Shown here: positions 24,261 to 35,790 of the stretch, one piece after another
Position numbering within the stretch: position 1 is the stretch's first letter
Layout: each line of letters begins with the position of its first letter
From: Geosiphon pyriformis uo1
Lineage: Eukaryota; Fungi; Glomeromycota
Assembly: GCA_016748015.1 (NCBI GenBank)
Contig: JAAOMT010000201.1
Coordinates: 318,224 to 382,223, forward strand
DNA: 64,000 nt
Direction: 5' to 3'
Program-made: the position numbers and the translations under genes
Notes under the pieces: model-generated
Told to the model about the DNA's origin: nothing
Databases searched by the model: none
Seen by the model: the letters and a program-made list of their open reading frames with translations, nothing else

Positions 24261-26305
24261 ACCAAGCTCTAATATCATGAATTGGCAGTATCCTTGAGAA
24301 AGTAGGGAATGGCTTGCATTACTCGAGCGTCATTCCATCCGTTGGCTGCAATGGCTTTTTCTACATCATTTAGCCATATTTGAGTGTCATCCTCTTCACC
24401 AGTAAAGTTGTTGAGTTTTGCGATTGGTGCATAGGCCATTGGATCTAAGTTAGGTGGTTGTAGTGGCTGTTAAAGTAGTTGTTGTTGTCCTGGCTGTTGG
24501 GGTGGTAGTTGAAGTGACTGTTGTATGGGTTCGGCTATGGGATTAATTGGCGGTTGATCGATAACGATTACTGGAGGTAAGTTTTGCTGATTAATTAATT
24601 CAGGGTTTTGATTTCTTTGATTTGGTGGCGTTTGAATATTCAGAGTTTCGATTTCCGGATTTTTTAACTGTTGTTAAGTTTGAATGTTCAGGGTTTCAAC
24701 TTCTGGATTTTCAGTGATTGGGTGCTGGTAAGTGAATTCTTGATACTCTGATTCTTCTTTCTCCTTTTCTGATTCTGCTGCTTCCCACGGATCAGAGATT
24801 CCAAAATCTGGTGGAGGCGGTGGTGATCGAAGTCCTGATGGGGTTGATAATCACAAATTAAATCTCTCAAAGTATTTGCCATATAGTCTTAACAATTCTG
24901 TTTTTTTTTGTCTACTTTGGAATGGGAATCATCCAAATGCTGATGTTGCAGTTAATGGGAATGCGTCTGTTGATGATATGTTGATGGTACTTCCAGGTAT
25001 ATAGTGATAGGATGAGTTGCTTGGAGATTCAACTCTGTTTTTCTTCCAAGCAGGTGGCTGTATTTTTCTGGGTGTTACTGCTGGTGTTTGTAATTTTCCC
25101 TTGCCTTTACTAGCATATGTAATTGGATATCTTTGTTGAATGTAATGTTCAATTTCTTTGTTGATCTCAGTGATGATGGATGCAAAATTATGATTTGTTG
25201 GTAGGTTGGTGTTCCTAATAAAGAGGAAATCTTTTCATTGACATAGAAATTGAAGGCTGATTTGGTGGATATATAATTGTGGTTTAATTCCAAGTATTGA
25301 CAATAGTGTTGAAATAAGAATTTTGCGAATCCTAAATGGTTTGCTCCTATAGTTTCTGATTCTGCCACTTTTGGTTTGGTGTTGTTGGTGCTGATTCTCT
25401 GTAGGATTATACCTCACAGGAAGCACCAAATGTTACAAGTGATTCTTTCTGCTGTCAAATTAAATAACAAACCCATAACTTGGTGCTCAAAGCTAATTGC
25501 AGTTGATATTGATCTGAAGATTTAGTATCTGAAGGTTTTGGTTGAGTCCTTTGTATAATGGACAGAGATTCAAATAGTGTCGATAGTAGATGTATCCTTC
25601 CAAGAGTTTTCCCAATTTCTTTCTCAGCATGGTGGCCAGATTTAGTCTGGCAGTCGTGTCTTTCTGGTAAGCTATCCGATAATATATATAAAATCCTACC
25701 CTTATTTCTGGGTCTTTTACCAGGCTATCCTTGACGTCAATAACTCAGCACTTAATCTTTTAATCAATTAGTATACAACAACAAAATCAAAAACAGAAGA
25801 AAATGAAATAAATAAAAAATAAAAGTAAGGAAAGTAACAAAAATAAGCCAAGACAATTTGGTCTGTTAGTATCTCATCAATAGCCGTAATCAAGAGCTAT
25901 TGTTCCAGCATGATTAAGTATCAATTACTATCAACATGAAGTGTTGATAGTGGAGAGTGAATTGAGATATGGAATGATTATTTATTTGATGATTAGTTTC
26001 TTGGCTAAGAATTCTGTGGTATCAATTCTGTCTTTTCTGTTTCTAACACTACTGCTATATATACATAATTGAGATTCCTCAATTCCTCGATTCTTTACGA
26101 CATGAATTCTGGAATTCCTGGAATCCTGCGATTCCTTTAAGAGGAATCCTGGAATTCTGGAATCCTGCAATTTTTCATTGAGAATCCTGAAATTCCTGGA
26201 ATCCTGCAATTCCTGAGAGGAATCCTGGAATTCCACATTTACTATGCTTACTTCTGATTGGCTAATAATTATGCTAATATAATTCCTATATTTCTATGAG
26301 TAATA
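24259..26305 (-). mobile_element. Truncated Ty3/gypsy element B (5' LTR 25431-26305, PBS, 5' half of gag), closely related to C
   Basis: LTR is homologous to 34929-35790. PBS TGGTGCTTCCTGTGAGG at 25412-25428. Gag starts VAESETIGANHLGFAK. Confidence 0.9.
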
Positions 26306-29300
26306 TTGGGAAGCTACAAATAAAACTATCACCATTGAATCTCTGTTCATTATATAAAAGACTCAACCAAAACTTTCAGATACAAACCTTCAAATCATTA
26401 TCAACCACGACTTGATTTAAGCACCAAGTTACAGGTTTTTATTTAATTCAACAAAAGAAATATTTACCTGTAACATTTGGTGTTCTCTGTAAGGTATAAT
26501 CCTACAAAGAACCAGTACCAACAACTAATCAACAGTGGCAGAATCAGAAAATATAGGAGCAAACCATTTAGAATTCGCGAAATTCTTGATTCAACAATAC
26601 AGCCAACAATTAGGATTAAACAATAATCATTACTCAGCCAAATCAGTCTTCAACTTCTACGTCAATGACAAAATCACTGAATGCTTAGGAGGAACAGTTA
26701 ATATTGAAGCAGCAAGAGAAAACTTCTATACAGAATTATTCCAACACACCAACTTCCCAAGGAACTATAGTTTCACACCAATAATCAGAGAAATTAATCA
26801 AACTATTGAAAGATACACACAATAACAATTCCCTATTATTTACGCAGACAAAGGTAAAGAAAGAATACAAACACCAGCAGCAATACCAAAAGGAATACAA
26901 TTACCTAATTGGAAAAAACACAGAGTGGAATCACCAACCACTCCATCATATCACTACACACTTGGAAGTGCCATCAACATTTCATCAGCAAACATGTCCA
27001 CATCAAATGCGACATTAACATTTGGAAGATTTCAGTTCCAAAGCAACCAATGGAAAAAAGACTTACTAGGACTATATGGAGCATATTTTGAAGGATTTAA
27101 ATCATGATCTCCAACACCATCAGGAATTCGATCACCAATACTCCAACCAGATTTCAGAGCCATTACTCCATGAAAATTATCAGAGGAAGGAAGTGAAGAT
27201 CAAGGATTCACTTACCAAAACCCGATCTCAGAAAACTCGGAATTCAAAATCCTGAATTTTCAAACCCCAATAAATCCAAATTTAGAAAATTCAGAAAATG
27301 CAACTCCAAATATTCAAACACTGCAAAACCCTGAACAAATTAATCAGAATAACTTATTTCTGAATATCATTATCGATCAGCCACCAATTGATCCAATAAC
27401 TGAATTTATACACCAACTCATTCAACAGCCGTATCAACTAAATCAACAGTCCCTTTAACAACCTGCCCAACAGCCACTTCAACTACCATCTCAACAAAAT
27501 CAACAACTGCTTCAACAATCACCACAACCACCCAACTTAGATCCAATGGCCTACGCACCAATTGCAAAACTGGATAATTTTACTGGTGAAGAGGACAATG
27601 CTCAAGTATGGCTGAATAATGTGGAAAAAGCCATCCCAGCCAACGGATGAAATAATGCCCAAGCAATGCAAGCCATTCCCTACTTTCTCAAGGATACCAC
27701 CAATTCATGATATCAGAGCTTGGTTAATAAACCACAAGATTTCAATGCCTTCAAAGTGGAATTTTTAAGATACTTTAGCAACAATAACAGTATCAACTGC
27801 CTAGTTAATACATTCACCACAATGAAGCAAAGAGAAACTGAAGCAGTCACCACTTATTTGGAATGCTTCCATAGAAATCTGCGCCAGATCCAGGCAATTG
27901 ATGCCAACTATTTCACAGCATTACAAATCCTCAACCAGTTTATCCATGGCCTGTGCAGCAGCATCTTGCAACATGTACACTTATTGCATCCAGACACCCT
28001 TCAAAAGGCAGTCATACACACCAGAGATTTCAAGTCAGCTGAATTCGAAGCCAATCATGACCATACCATGAACCTAGTGATGAATAGATCATCTGAATTG
28101 GATTCCAAATTGAAACAATTTAGTGATTCAATTAATCAGAAATTAGAGAGATACTTAGCTGACAATCACGCCATCTATCAACCATCACAACGATGTAATA
28201 ATCCAGAAAACGCAAATCATTTCCAAAATCAGTTGCGTCCATCATCATCATCAGCAGCACCTAATTAGTCGTGGCAGCCAGAAACGCGTGTTTGCCACAA
28301 CTGTGATAAACAAAGACACATAAGAGCAGACTGCAGATTTTATAGCAACAATTCATGATCAGAAAATCAATATCAAAACCCCGATCACAGATTTCAGACT
28401 CAGAATTGCTATCCAAATCAAGACCAATATCAAACCACTTACCTGCCAATAATGCAGCAACTAATCTATCAACCACCAGTATATCAACCTCCAATCTATT
28501 AGCTGCAGCCACTAATAATTTATCAACTACAACCACAAGTCATTTATCAGCCACAGTCTCAAGTAATTTATCAACTCCAATCAATTCAGATACTGTCCTA
28601 AAATTCAGTTAATATGACATCAGGCCACCCCAGACCTAGAATCACACAAAACTGGAGATCAGTAATGGTTGTCCACCAACCAATTCCCAGTTCTTCTAAC
28701 CTATCATCAGGATCGCGTTCTCGGAATTCGGGTACTAGTGCCACCCAAAACCCGAATTCCCAAAACTATTTAAGTCTCCTGGTTATCCCAAAAGATGCCA
28801 CTTCCAACAATTTGGAAACCAACCAACCAACAAGCAACACTTACCAGCAACATACCTCCAGTTATTGTTACCAATGATGAATTTTTAACAGCTATCTTCT
28901 CTTTTGAACTTGAGGAACCATTCCAATTACTATTATTCAGTGGAGCCATCCTCGAAGAGAAACCCATCACAGCAATGTACACTGATGCGAAAGTAGATAG
29001 ACACCCTATCAAACTCATCCTTGATAGTGGTTCAGCAGGCAGCATTATCACTAAGCAACTCATGAATCAATTAGATTACTGAATTGATCAGACTGCCAGC
29101 ACTAGAATTATCACTGCAGATGGCGCCATGAAAATGCCTATTGGCGAAATCGACAACTTTCCAATTGAAGTCAATAGCATTGTTACCCCCATTAAGGTTT
29201 TAGTGATGGAAGCAACTTAGTACCAAGCACTAGTTAGTAATAATTGGCTAGTTAAAACCAATGCTGTGCTCGACTGGACCATGCAAAAACTCCAGCTCAG

Positions 29301-30569
29301 TCAGAATGGATGACACACACAGATACCAGTCATGTGTGGCCACTTCAAGGCAACCAATACCATGGCACCACTAATCGACTTCGAGAAAGAGAAGCCAAAA
29401 CCTACATGGGAAGCATACCAAGTGTTATGGGCCAACGTTGACCACAACAAACTGCTGCCAATACTCACCTGGGACAATGATGAGAAAAAAGAAAAAACTT
29501 ACCTGGAAAACCGATGATCTGACATGGACTGACAACAACGAGAGCAAACCGACTTTCAGCTGAGAATGAGAAGAAAACAAAGAAGATAAAGGGAAAGGAA
29601 AAGAAAGAGAAAAAGAGACCATCCAAACCATCATCACTTATAATATCTACACTATACCACAACAATCTAATTATCATCAACCTAAGCTTATATGCATTGA
29701 TTGTGGCAAGAAGTTGTCATCAATGGGTGCATGCTGTGGCAACAATGATGAATATTCAATAGCAACTAAGTTCTATTGCCGCCCATGCATTCTTGAACAC
29801 TTTGGGAGACCAGAACATGTAGGAAAATGGGACAACCAACCATGCTTAGCTTGTGAGAAAACCCTCCTCGACAAAGAAATGTGGAATGACATTCCTGAAT
29901 GTGGAGAAACGTGTGATATATCGTGTTAATACATGATTTTTATCAGCAATTGGGTACAAAAAGGGACGCCAATAGAAGCCATTTGGAGAAGAACCATACA
30001 GCGATTAGACAGTTATCCACACAATGATGATGAATTATGGTGGATGGCAAGTCCCAAAATTAAAGACGCATTGCCAAAAGAAATCAGGATAATTAAAAAC
30101 AACCCACCAGAACCCATTGAGCTTGACTGGGACACAGAGCCAGTCATAAATGTCCTAGAACCAGAAGAGTTCTACGAACACTACCAGAACCTGGCACCCA
30201 CTAGAGAGGAACAAAAACAATGGCTAGTACAGTTGAATACAAGACTGTGTCACCATTGTTTAATTTCCAGTGACTTTGAGTATTGTAATGAGTGTGACCT
30301 CATTTACAATCCACCACCACACATAATCTACACGATTCCCAAAGAGAAAAAACCAATTAGCAGCTGTGCATCAAAATTGGAATCGATTTTCAATCCCAAT
30401 TCAAACTCCGACAATGATAACGACAAAAACACCAGTTCCAGCTCAGTTCAATATGGCAATGAAAAGAGCTCAGATTCAAACTCTGATTCGAATTATGAAC
30501 AATATATTGTGCTTCCTGACCTCACTAAGGAACAAGAACTGAAATGGTTTAGTGATAACAATGAAGATA

Positions 30570-30965
30570 TCATGCCAGAACGCACACACAATACTGATGC
30601 AGAGTTTGATTTGAGGTATTCAGGAAAAAATGCCATCAAATTAGAACCACATTCACACACCTGCATTGATCTGAAAATAGTACTGGAAATCCCAGCAACA
30701 ATAATTCAACTAGCATCCCAGAGTAGTTTAACAAAAAGAGGGATTAATATAAGAAAAAGAATAATTGACGCAGGATATGTAAGAAATATCATTGCTATGT
30801 TACAAAATGATTCAGAAAAGGCCTATATAATAGAACTCAGCAAAAAGATAGCACAAGCAATATTCCTGTCTTTGGTTAAGATAGCTCAATTAGTGTCAGT
30901 AGAAAATAGGGAGGAATTAGGGATAACAGCAAGAGGAATACAAAGATTTGGATCAACTGGTAGAA
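30570..30965 (+). pseudogene. dUTPase domain inside pol of element C
   Basis: DAEFDLRY, SQSSLTKRG, IIDAGY, KIAQAI and RGIQRFGSTG within ORF 29933-31549. Confidence 0.9.
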
Positions 30966-33900
30966 TAGACATACCAGTCAATATGGCAGAAAAAAAAATT
31001 GTTGACCAAGAAGAAATTATCTTGACAGGTCAAGCAATTTCTATTTCACCATATGGCCAGTACATGGTAGGGATAAAACGAGAAGTAAAAAAACAGAATC
31101 AGATTTTTGAAGCAGAACCAACTCTTTGTGAATCAGGAGAGATTGGACTCATCAATCTCCACATACCAGCCAAAGATTACAGCCACATCAAAATTCCCAT
31201 TTACAATAACACAGGAAATGTTATAGTAATACCAGCCAGAACCACCATTGGATACTTAAGCACTGAAATAGAGGATCAACTACCAAGCATCATTTCAGAC
31301 TTTTCACAGCTTTGTGGATATGTTGAGATCATATCACAAATGATATACAAACAAAGTGAATGTTATTTGCTCCAACCAAAACAATTGGAACAAATGAACA
31401 TGGGAAACTTAGATTCATTTCAACATATGCAGCTCAAGATGTTGCTCAACAACTTCAATGACATCTTTGCCAGTAAAAACAAGTTTGGCCAAACTGACAT
31501 CATCCAGCATCAGATCAAGATTGGGGATGCAATGCCAATCAAACAGTGAGCATATAGAGTACCACCAGCCAGCCATGAAATCATTCATCAAAAGTTCAAC
31601 CAAATGCTGGACAATGGATTAATTCAGCCATCAATGAGCTCATGATTGTCACCAGTAGTACTCATCTATAAGAAGAATAGAAGGATCTGATTTTGTGTAG
31701 ATTACAAGAAACTAAATGGTGTAACTTATGGAAACAGCTATCTAACTCCATGGATACAAGAACTATTCGATATGTTTGGTGGAAATAAATGGTTCTCAAT
31801 GTTAAACTTAGATAGTGGTTACTGGCAAGTAGCCATGAATCCAGCCGACAAAGAAAAAATGGCATTTACCATAAGAGAGAGAAACTTTGAGTTTGAAGTT
31901 ATGCTATTTGGCTTAACCAATGCACCAGTCATTTTCCAATGGCTAATAGAAATTATTTATACTGGCTTATTGTGGAAATCAGTAGTTGTATATTTAGACA
32001 ACACCAATGTATTCTCAAAAACATTTGATGATTATCTTTATCATCTTCAACAAGTGTTCGAAAGACTAAGAAGAGCAGGACTAAAGTTAAATGCAACAAA
32101 GTGCTTCTTTGGCAAGACAGAACTAAAATTCTTAGGACACATAGTTAGCAAAGATGGCATCAAAATGGATCCAGAGAAAATAAAGATAGTAAAGAACTTT
32201 CCAGTGCTGATCAATATGACAAAACTGAAATCATTCTTGGAATTCACCAGCTACTATTGACATTTTATCAAAAACTTTTCCAAGATAGTGCAGCCACTTA
32301 ACCAGCTGCAAACCAAAAATACAAAATATGAATGGACAGAAAGTTAACAAAAAGCTTTTGATATTCTGAAAAGAAAGCTCATTCAAGCTCCAGTACTGAT
32401 CTATTCAGATTACAGCAAACCATTCATCATCATCACAGATGTATCTGGCCAAGCATTGAGAGCAGTACTATCTCAGAGAGGACCAAATGGCAGAAAACAT
32501 CCAGTAGCATATACCAGTAGAGGTTTAATACTAGCTGAAAAGAACTATAGAATACTGGAACAAAAACACTTAGTGATATATTGGGCAGTCATGAAATAGA
32601 AAAAATACTTGAGCCAGAAGTTTGAAGTGTACACAGATTACAAAAGATTAACATTACTCCAAAAACAAAAATTTGGAGATGGAAGACAGTCAAGATAGAA
32701 AATAACACTCACACTATATAATTATACTATACATTATAAAAAGAGAAAAGACAATGGAAATGCCAACAGTTTGTCGTGAATGAGACAAATTTAAGAACAT
32801 TTCAACCCAAAAATATAACAAAACCAAAACAAAACTCATGAAAATATAACAAAAGATGAACACATAAAAATATTAACAACTTCAATATTATATAGATACT
32901 CAATAGTTCAAGGAGAAATTATCTCAACTGGAACAAAAGAGGATCAAACAGCAATTCAAATATTTTATCACTCATCAAAATATACTGTATCAGAAAAATA
33001 GAAAAGATTCAGATCAGCCAACCAGGGTAATTACAGAACCAGAAAAAGAGACAATACTGTTCAACATGCACTTAGATCCAACTGCAGAACATTTTCATAA
33101 AGAAGCAACCATGAAAAGAACCAGAAAAAGATACTATTGACCATCAATGTATTCAGACATCATTCAATATGTTCAAAATTGTAATGCTTGTCAGTGAAGA
33201 GAAGGTACAAAACCCAGTGAATCATTAAAATCAATCAAAGTGGGACAATCATTTGACCATATTGGAATTGATTTAGTCAGACCATTAACAATTACCAGCG
33301 GAAGAAACAGGTACATAGCAGTAGCCATGGACTATCTCACTAAATGGCCAGAGGCAAAAGTAATTCAAAAAGTGGATGCAGAATCTGTTGCCGAATTTGT
33401 TCATTAAGATTTAATTTGTCAACATGAATGTCCAAAGGAATTATTATCAGACCAAGGAACTCATTTTGTGAACAAAACATTAACAGAATTAAGCCAAAGA
33501 TTCGGAATTAAGAGACCACTATCATCATCATACCATCCACAAACCAACAGATTAGTCAAAAGATTCAACAGAATATTGTGTGAAGCAATAACTAAACTCA
33601 GCCAAGAAAACCAGAACAATTAGAATTTGTTGATACCATCAGTACTATTTGTTTATCAGACAATGAAGCAAGATACTACACAAGCAACACTATTTGAATT
33701 AGTATATAATAAAACAGCAACACTACCAGTGGAAATAAAAGTCAGCACATACTCAACTGAACCAATAACAGAAGAGAATTTCAGAAACACATTGTTGAGA
33801 AGAACATATGACTTAATAGAAACATTAAAAAACAAATAATGAAGAGCAGCTAATAACATACAAAAGTCACAAAAAAAACAAAAAAAAAGACATGATAACC

Positions 33901-34291
33901 AACTACCAGATAAACCAGTTGAATTCAAGATTGGAGACAAAGTATTACTACATCATACCAAAGTGGAAAAACAATGGAGTAGAAAATTCGATTCCAAATG
34001 GGACAAACCATTTCACATAGAAGAAATTCTAGAAAATGAAGCTTACAAATTAAGATTAAATAACAAAATCTTGACCAAAGCAGCACATGAAAATCAACTG
34101 AAACCATACCACCATATAGCATCATTATCTACCAGTAATATTCCACAATTAGGAGTACAGAGAATACTAGTCCAACCAGATGAGATTCCACGAGATCTGA
34201 AACCAATTATTATTATTGACAACAATACATCCAATTGATCAACAAAAGAATATATAAGAACATGATTAATGCGACAGAAGAGATCAAAAAA

Positions 34292-34915
34292 ATGGAAATT
34301 ATGAACAATATCTATTGACTAGCCCAACAAATTTTTCAATTAATCCAGAAGATGGAAATTACCATCAATCAATAAACCATTCGTTACAAAAATACGGCAA
34401 AAATACCACAAAACAAAGCACAGAGAAAATTTGAAAATGTTGTTGATAAGATTGTAACCAAGATAAAATTGGCCATAAAAAAACAACAAATAGTCAGATT
34501 ACACCAAAAACTTACCAAAGAAACTTGGACTTGGTGGACACAACAATTTCCGAAAAACTATTGTCATTTCCACTTGGGACAACACGTAAATATCCAGAAT
34601 TTGTACATTAACAAAACAAAACGGTTATTTGACACCACAATACTGGGACAACTAGAACAATTTGTGGGAAAGAACAATCTAACTACACAAGCTTGAGCCA
34701 TTTACCGGCTATATATGGGATTTCAAGACTGACCAGAAATCTTACTCAACATAGCAATGAATACAGTTACAAGTAATCAATTGGGAAAAATGACCAATGC
34801 CCAATTTGAAGAACTACAAACTAAAATAACATAAGTAATACTCGAAAAAAAAATGCAAGAAATAATTCAAGAAGGGAAATTAAAAGAATTAGATTTTGAC
34901 GGAGCTCAATATTAA
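34292..34915 (+). pseudogene. ORF3 of element C, unknown function (about 208 codons, in-frame stops)
   Basis: Single frame MEIMNNIY*LAQQIF...QLEQFVGKNNL...LDFDGAQY*. TATATAA at 34251-34257. The stop codon abuts the PPT. Confidence 0.75.
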
Positions 34916-34928
34916 AAGAAGGGAATAA

Positions 34929-35790
34929 TGTTACTCATAGAATATAGAAAATATAGTATTATTAATCAGTAGATATTAGCCAATCAGAGGTAGACATAGT
35001 AAATGTGGAATTCCAGAATTCCTTTCAGAGGAATTGCAAGATTCCAGGAATTTTAGAATTCTCCAATAGAGAATTGCAAGATTCCAGAATTGCAGAATTT
35101 CTCTTATCAAGAATCCCAGAATTCCTGTCACAAGAAATTGAGGAATTGAGAAATCTCAATTATGTATATATAGCAGTAGGATTAGAAGCTGAAAAGACAG
35201 ACCTCTCAAGTTTAGATTTAATCTAAGCAACTCTTCAAATCACAACTATCTAATAAATAACTATTGGTTATCTTAAATCCATTTCCACTATCAATACTTT
35301 ATGTTAATAGTAATCAACATTTAACCACACTGGAACAATAGCTCTTGATCACGGCTATTAATGGAATACTAACTTGCAAATTGTCTTGGCTTATTTCTTT
35401 TTTTTTTTTATTTTTTTTTATTTTTTTTTATTTATTTTTTATGCTTTGATTTTATTGTGGTTTACTAACTCTATTGAGGATTAATGCGCGGGGCACTGAC
35501 ATCAGGATAAACGTGACTGGTAAAAGACCCAGAAATAAGGGTAGAACACTCGATTGAGGATAGCTTACCAGAAGAAACACCAGCCATTAAGCTAAGAAAG
35601 AAATTAATGAAACTGTGGTTTTGGAAAGCTACAGATAAAACTATTACCATTGAATCTCTGTCCATTATATAAAGAACTCAACCAAAACCTTTAGATACAA
35701 ACCTTCAGATCATTATCAATTGCGACTTAATTTGAGCACCAAGTTACGGGTTTTTATTTAATCCAACAACAGAAATATTCACCTGTAACA
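34929..35790 (+). repeat. 3' LTR of element C (862 bp) with CCAAT, GAATTCC-rich tandem repeats and a TATA box
   Basis: TGTTAC...GTAACA termini. AGCCAATCAG near 34978, repeats at 35005-35150, TATATATA near 35165. Confidence 0.92.

Larger units (their letters stand above)
26306..35790 (+). mobile_element. Ty3/gypsy element C: partial 5' LTR (26306-26475), gag, PR, Cys-rich module, dUTPase, RT, RNase H, integrase, ORF3, full 3' LTR
   Basis: PBS at 26478. Protease ILDSGSAG; RT LNLDSGYWQV and YLDN; RNase H ITDVS; integrase MDYLTKWPEA, LSDQG and YHPQTN. PPT 34914-34925; 3' LTR 34929-35790. Confidence 0.95.

Noticed and set aside
26095-26240. Regular GAATTCC/GGAATCC repeats resembling a CRISPR-like array
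   Set aside because: There are no unique spacers. These are tandem U3 repeats inside an LTR, also present at 35005-35150 and 61350-61480, and no cas genes are present.
33960-34238. Chromodomain at the integrase C-terminus
   Set aside because: Only a GPY/F-type module and a short tail are visible, with no chromodomain aromatic-cage pattern.
34292-34915. ORF3 as an env gene
   Set aside because: It has no signal peptide or transmembrane segment and is short and basic.
35517-35582. CTGGTA...ACCAG-AAGAAACAC resembling hairpin ribozyme loop B
   Set aside because: The loop A (GUC/AGAA) pairing and the GUAUAUUA strand are not found, and AGAAACAC is not kept in elements A or B.
35484-35790. ~100-codon ORF inside the LTR in frame with gag
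   Set aside because: It needs several stops to be reverted, which can rescue any frame under C>T bias, and the central part is read in different frames in B and C. It is kept only as an alternative under the GUG finding.
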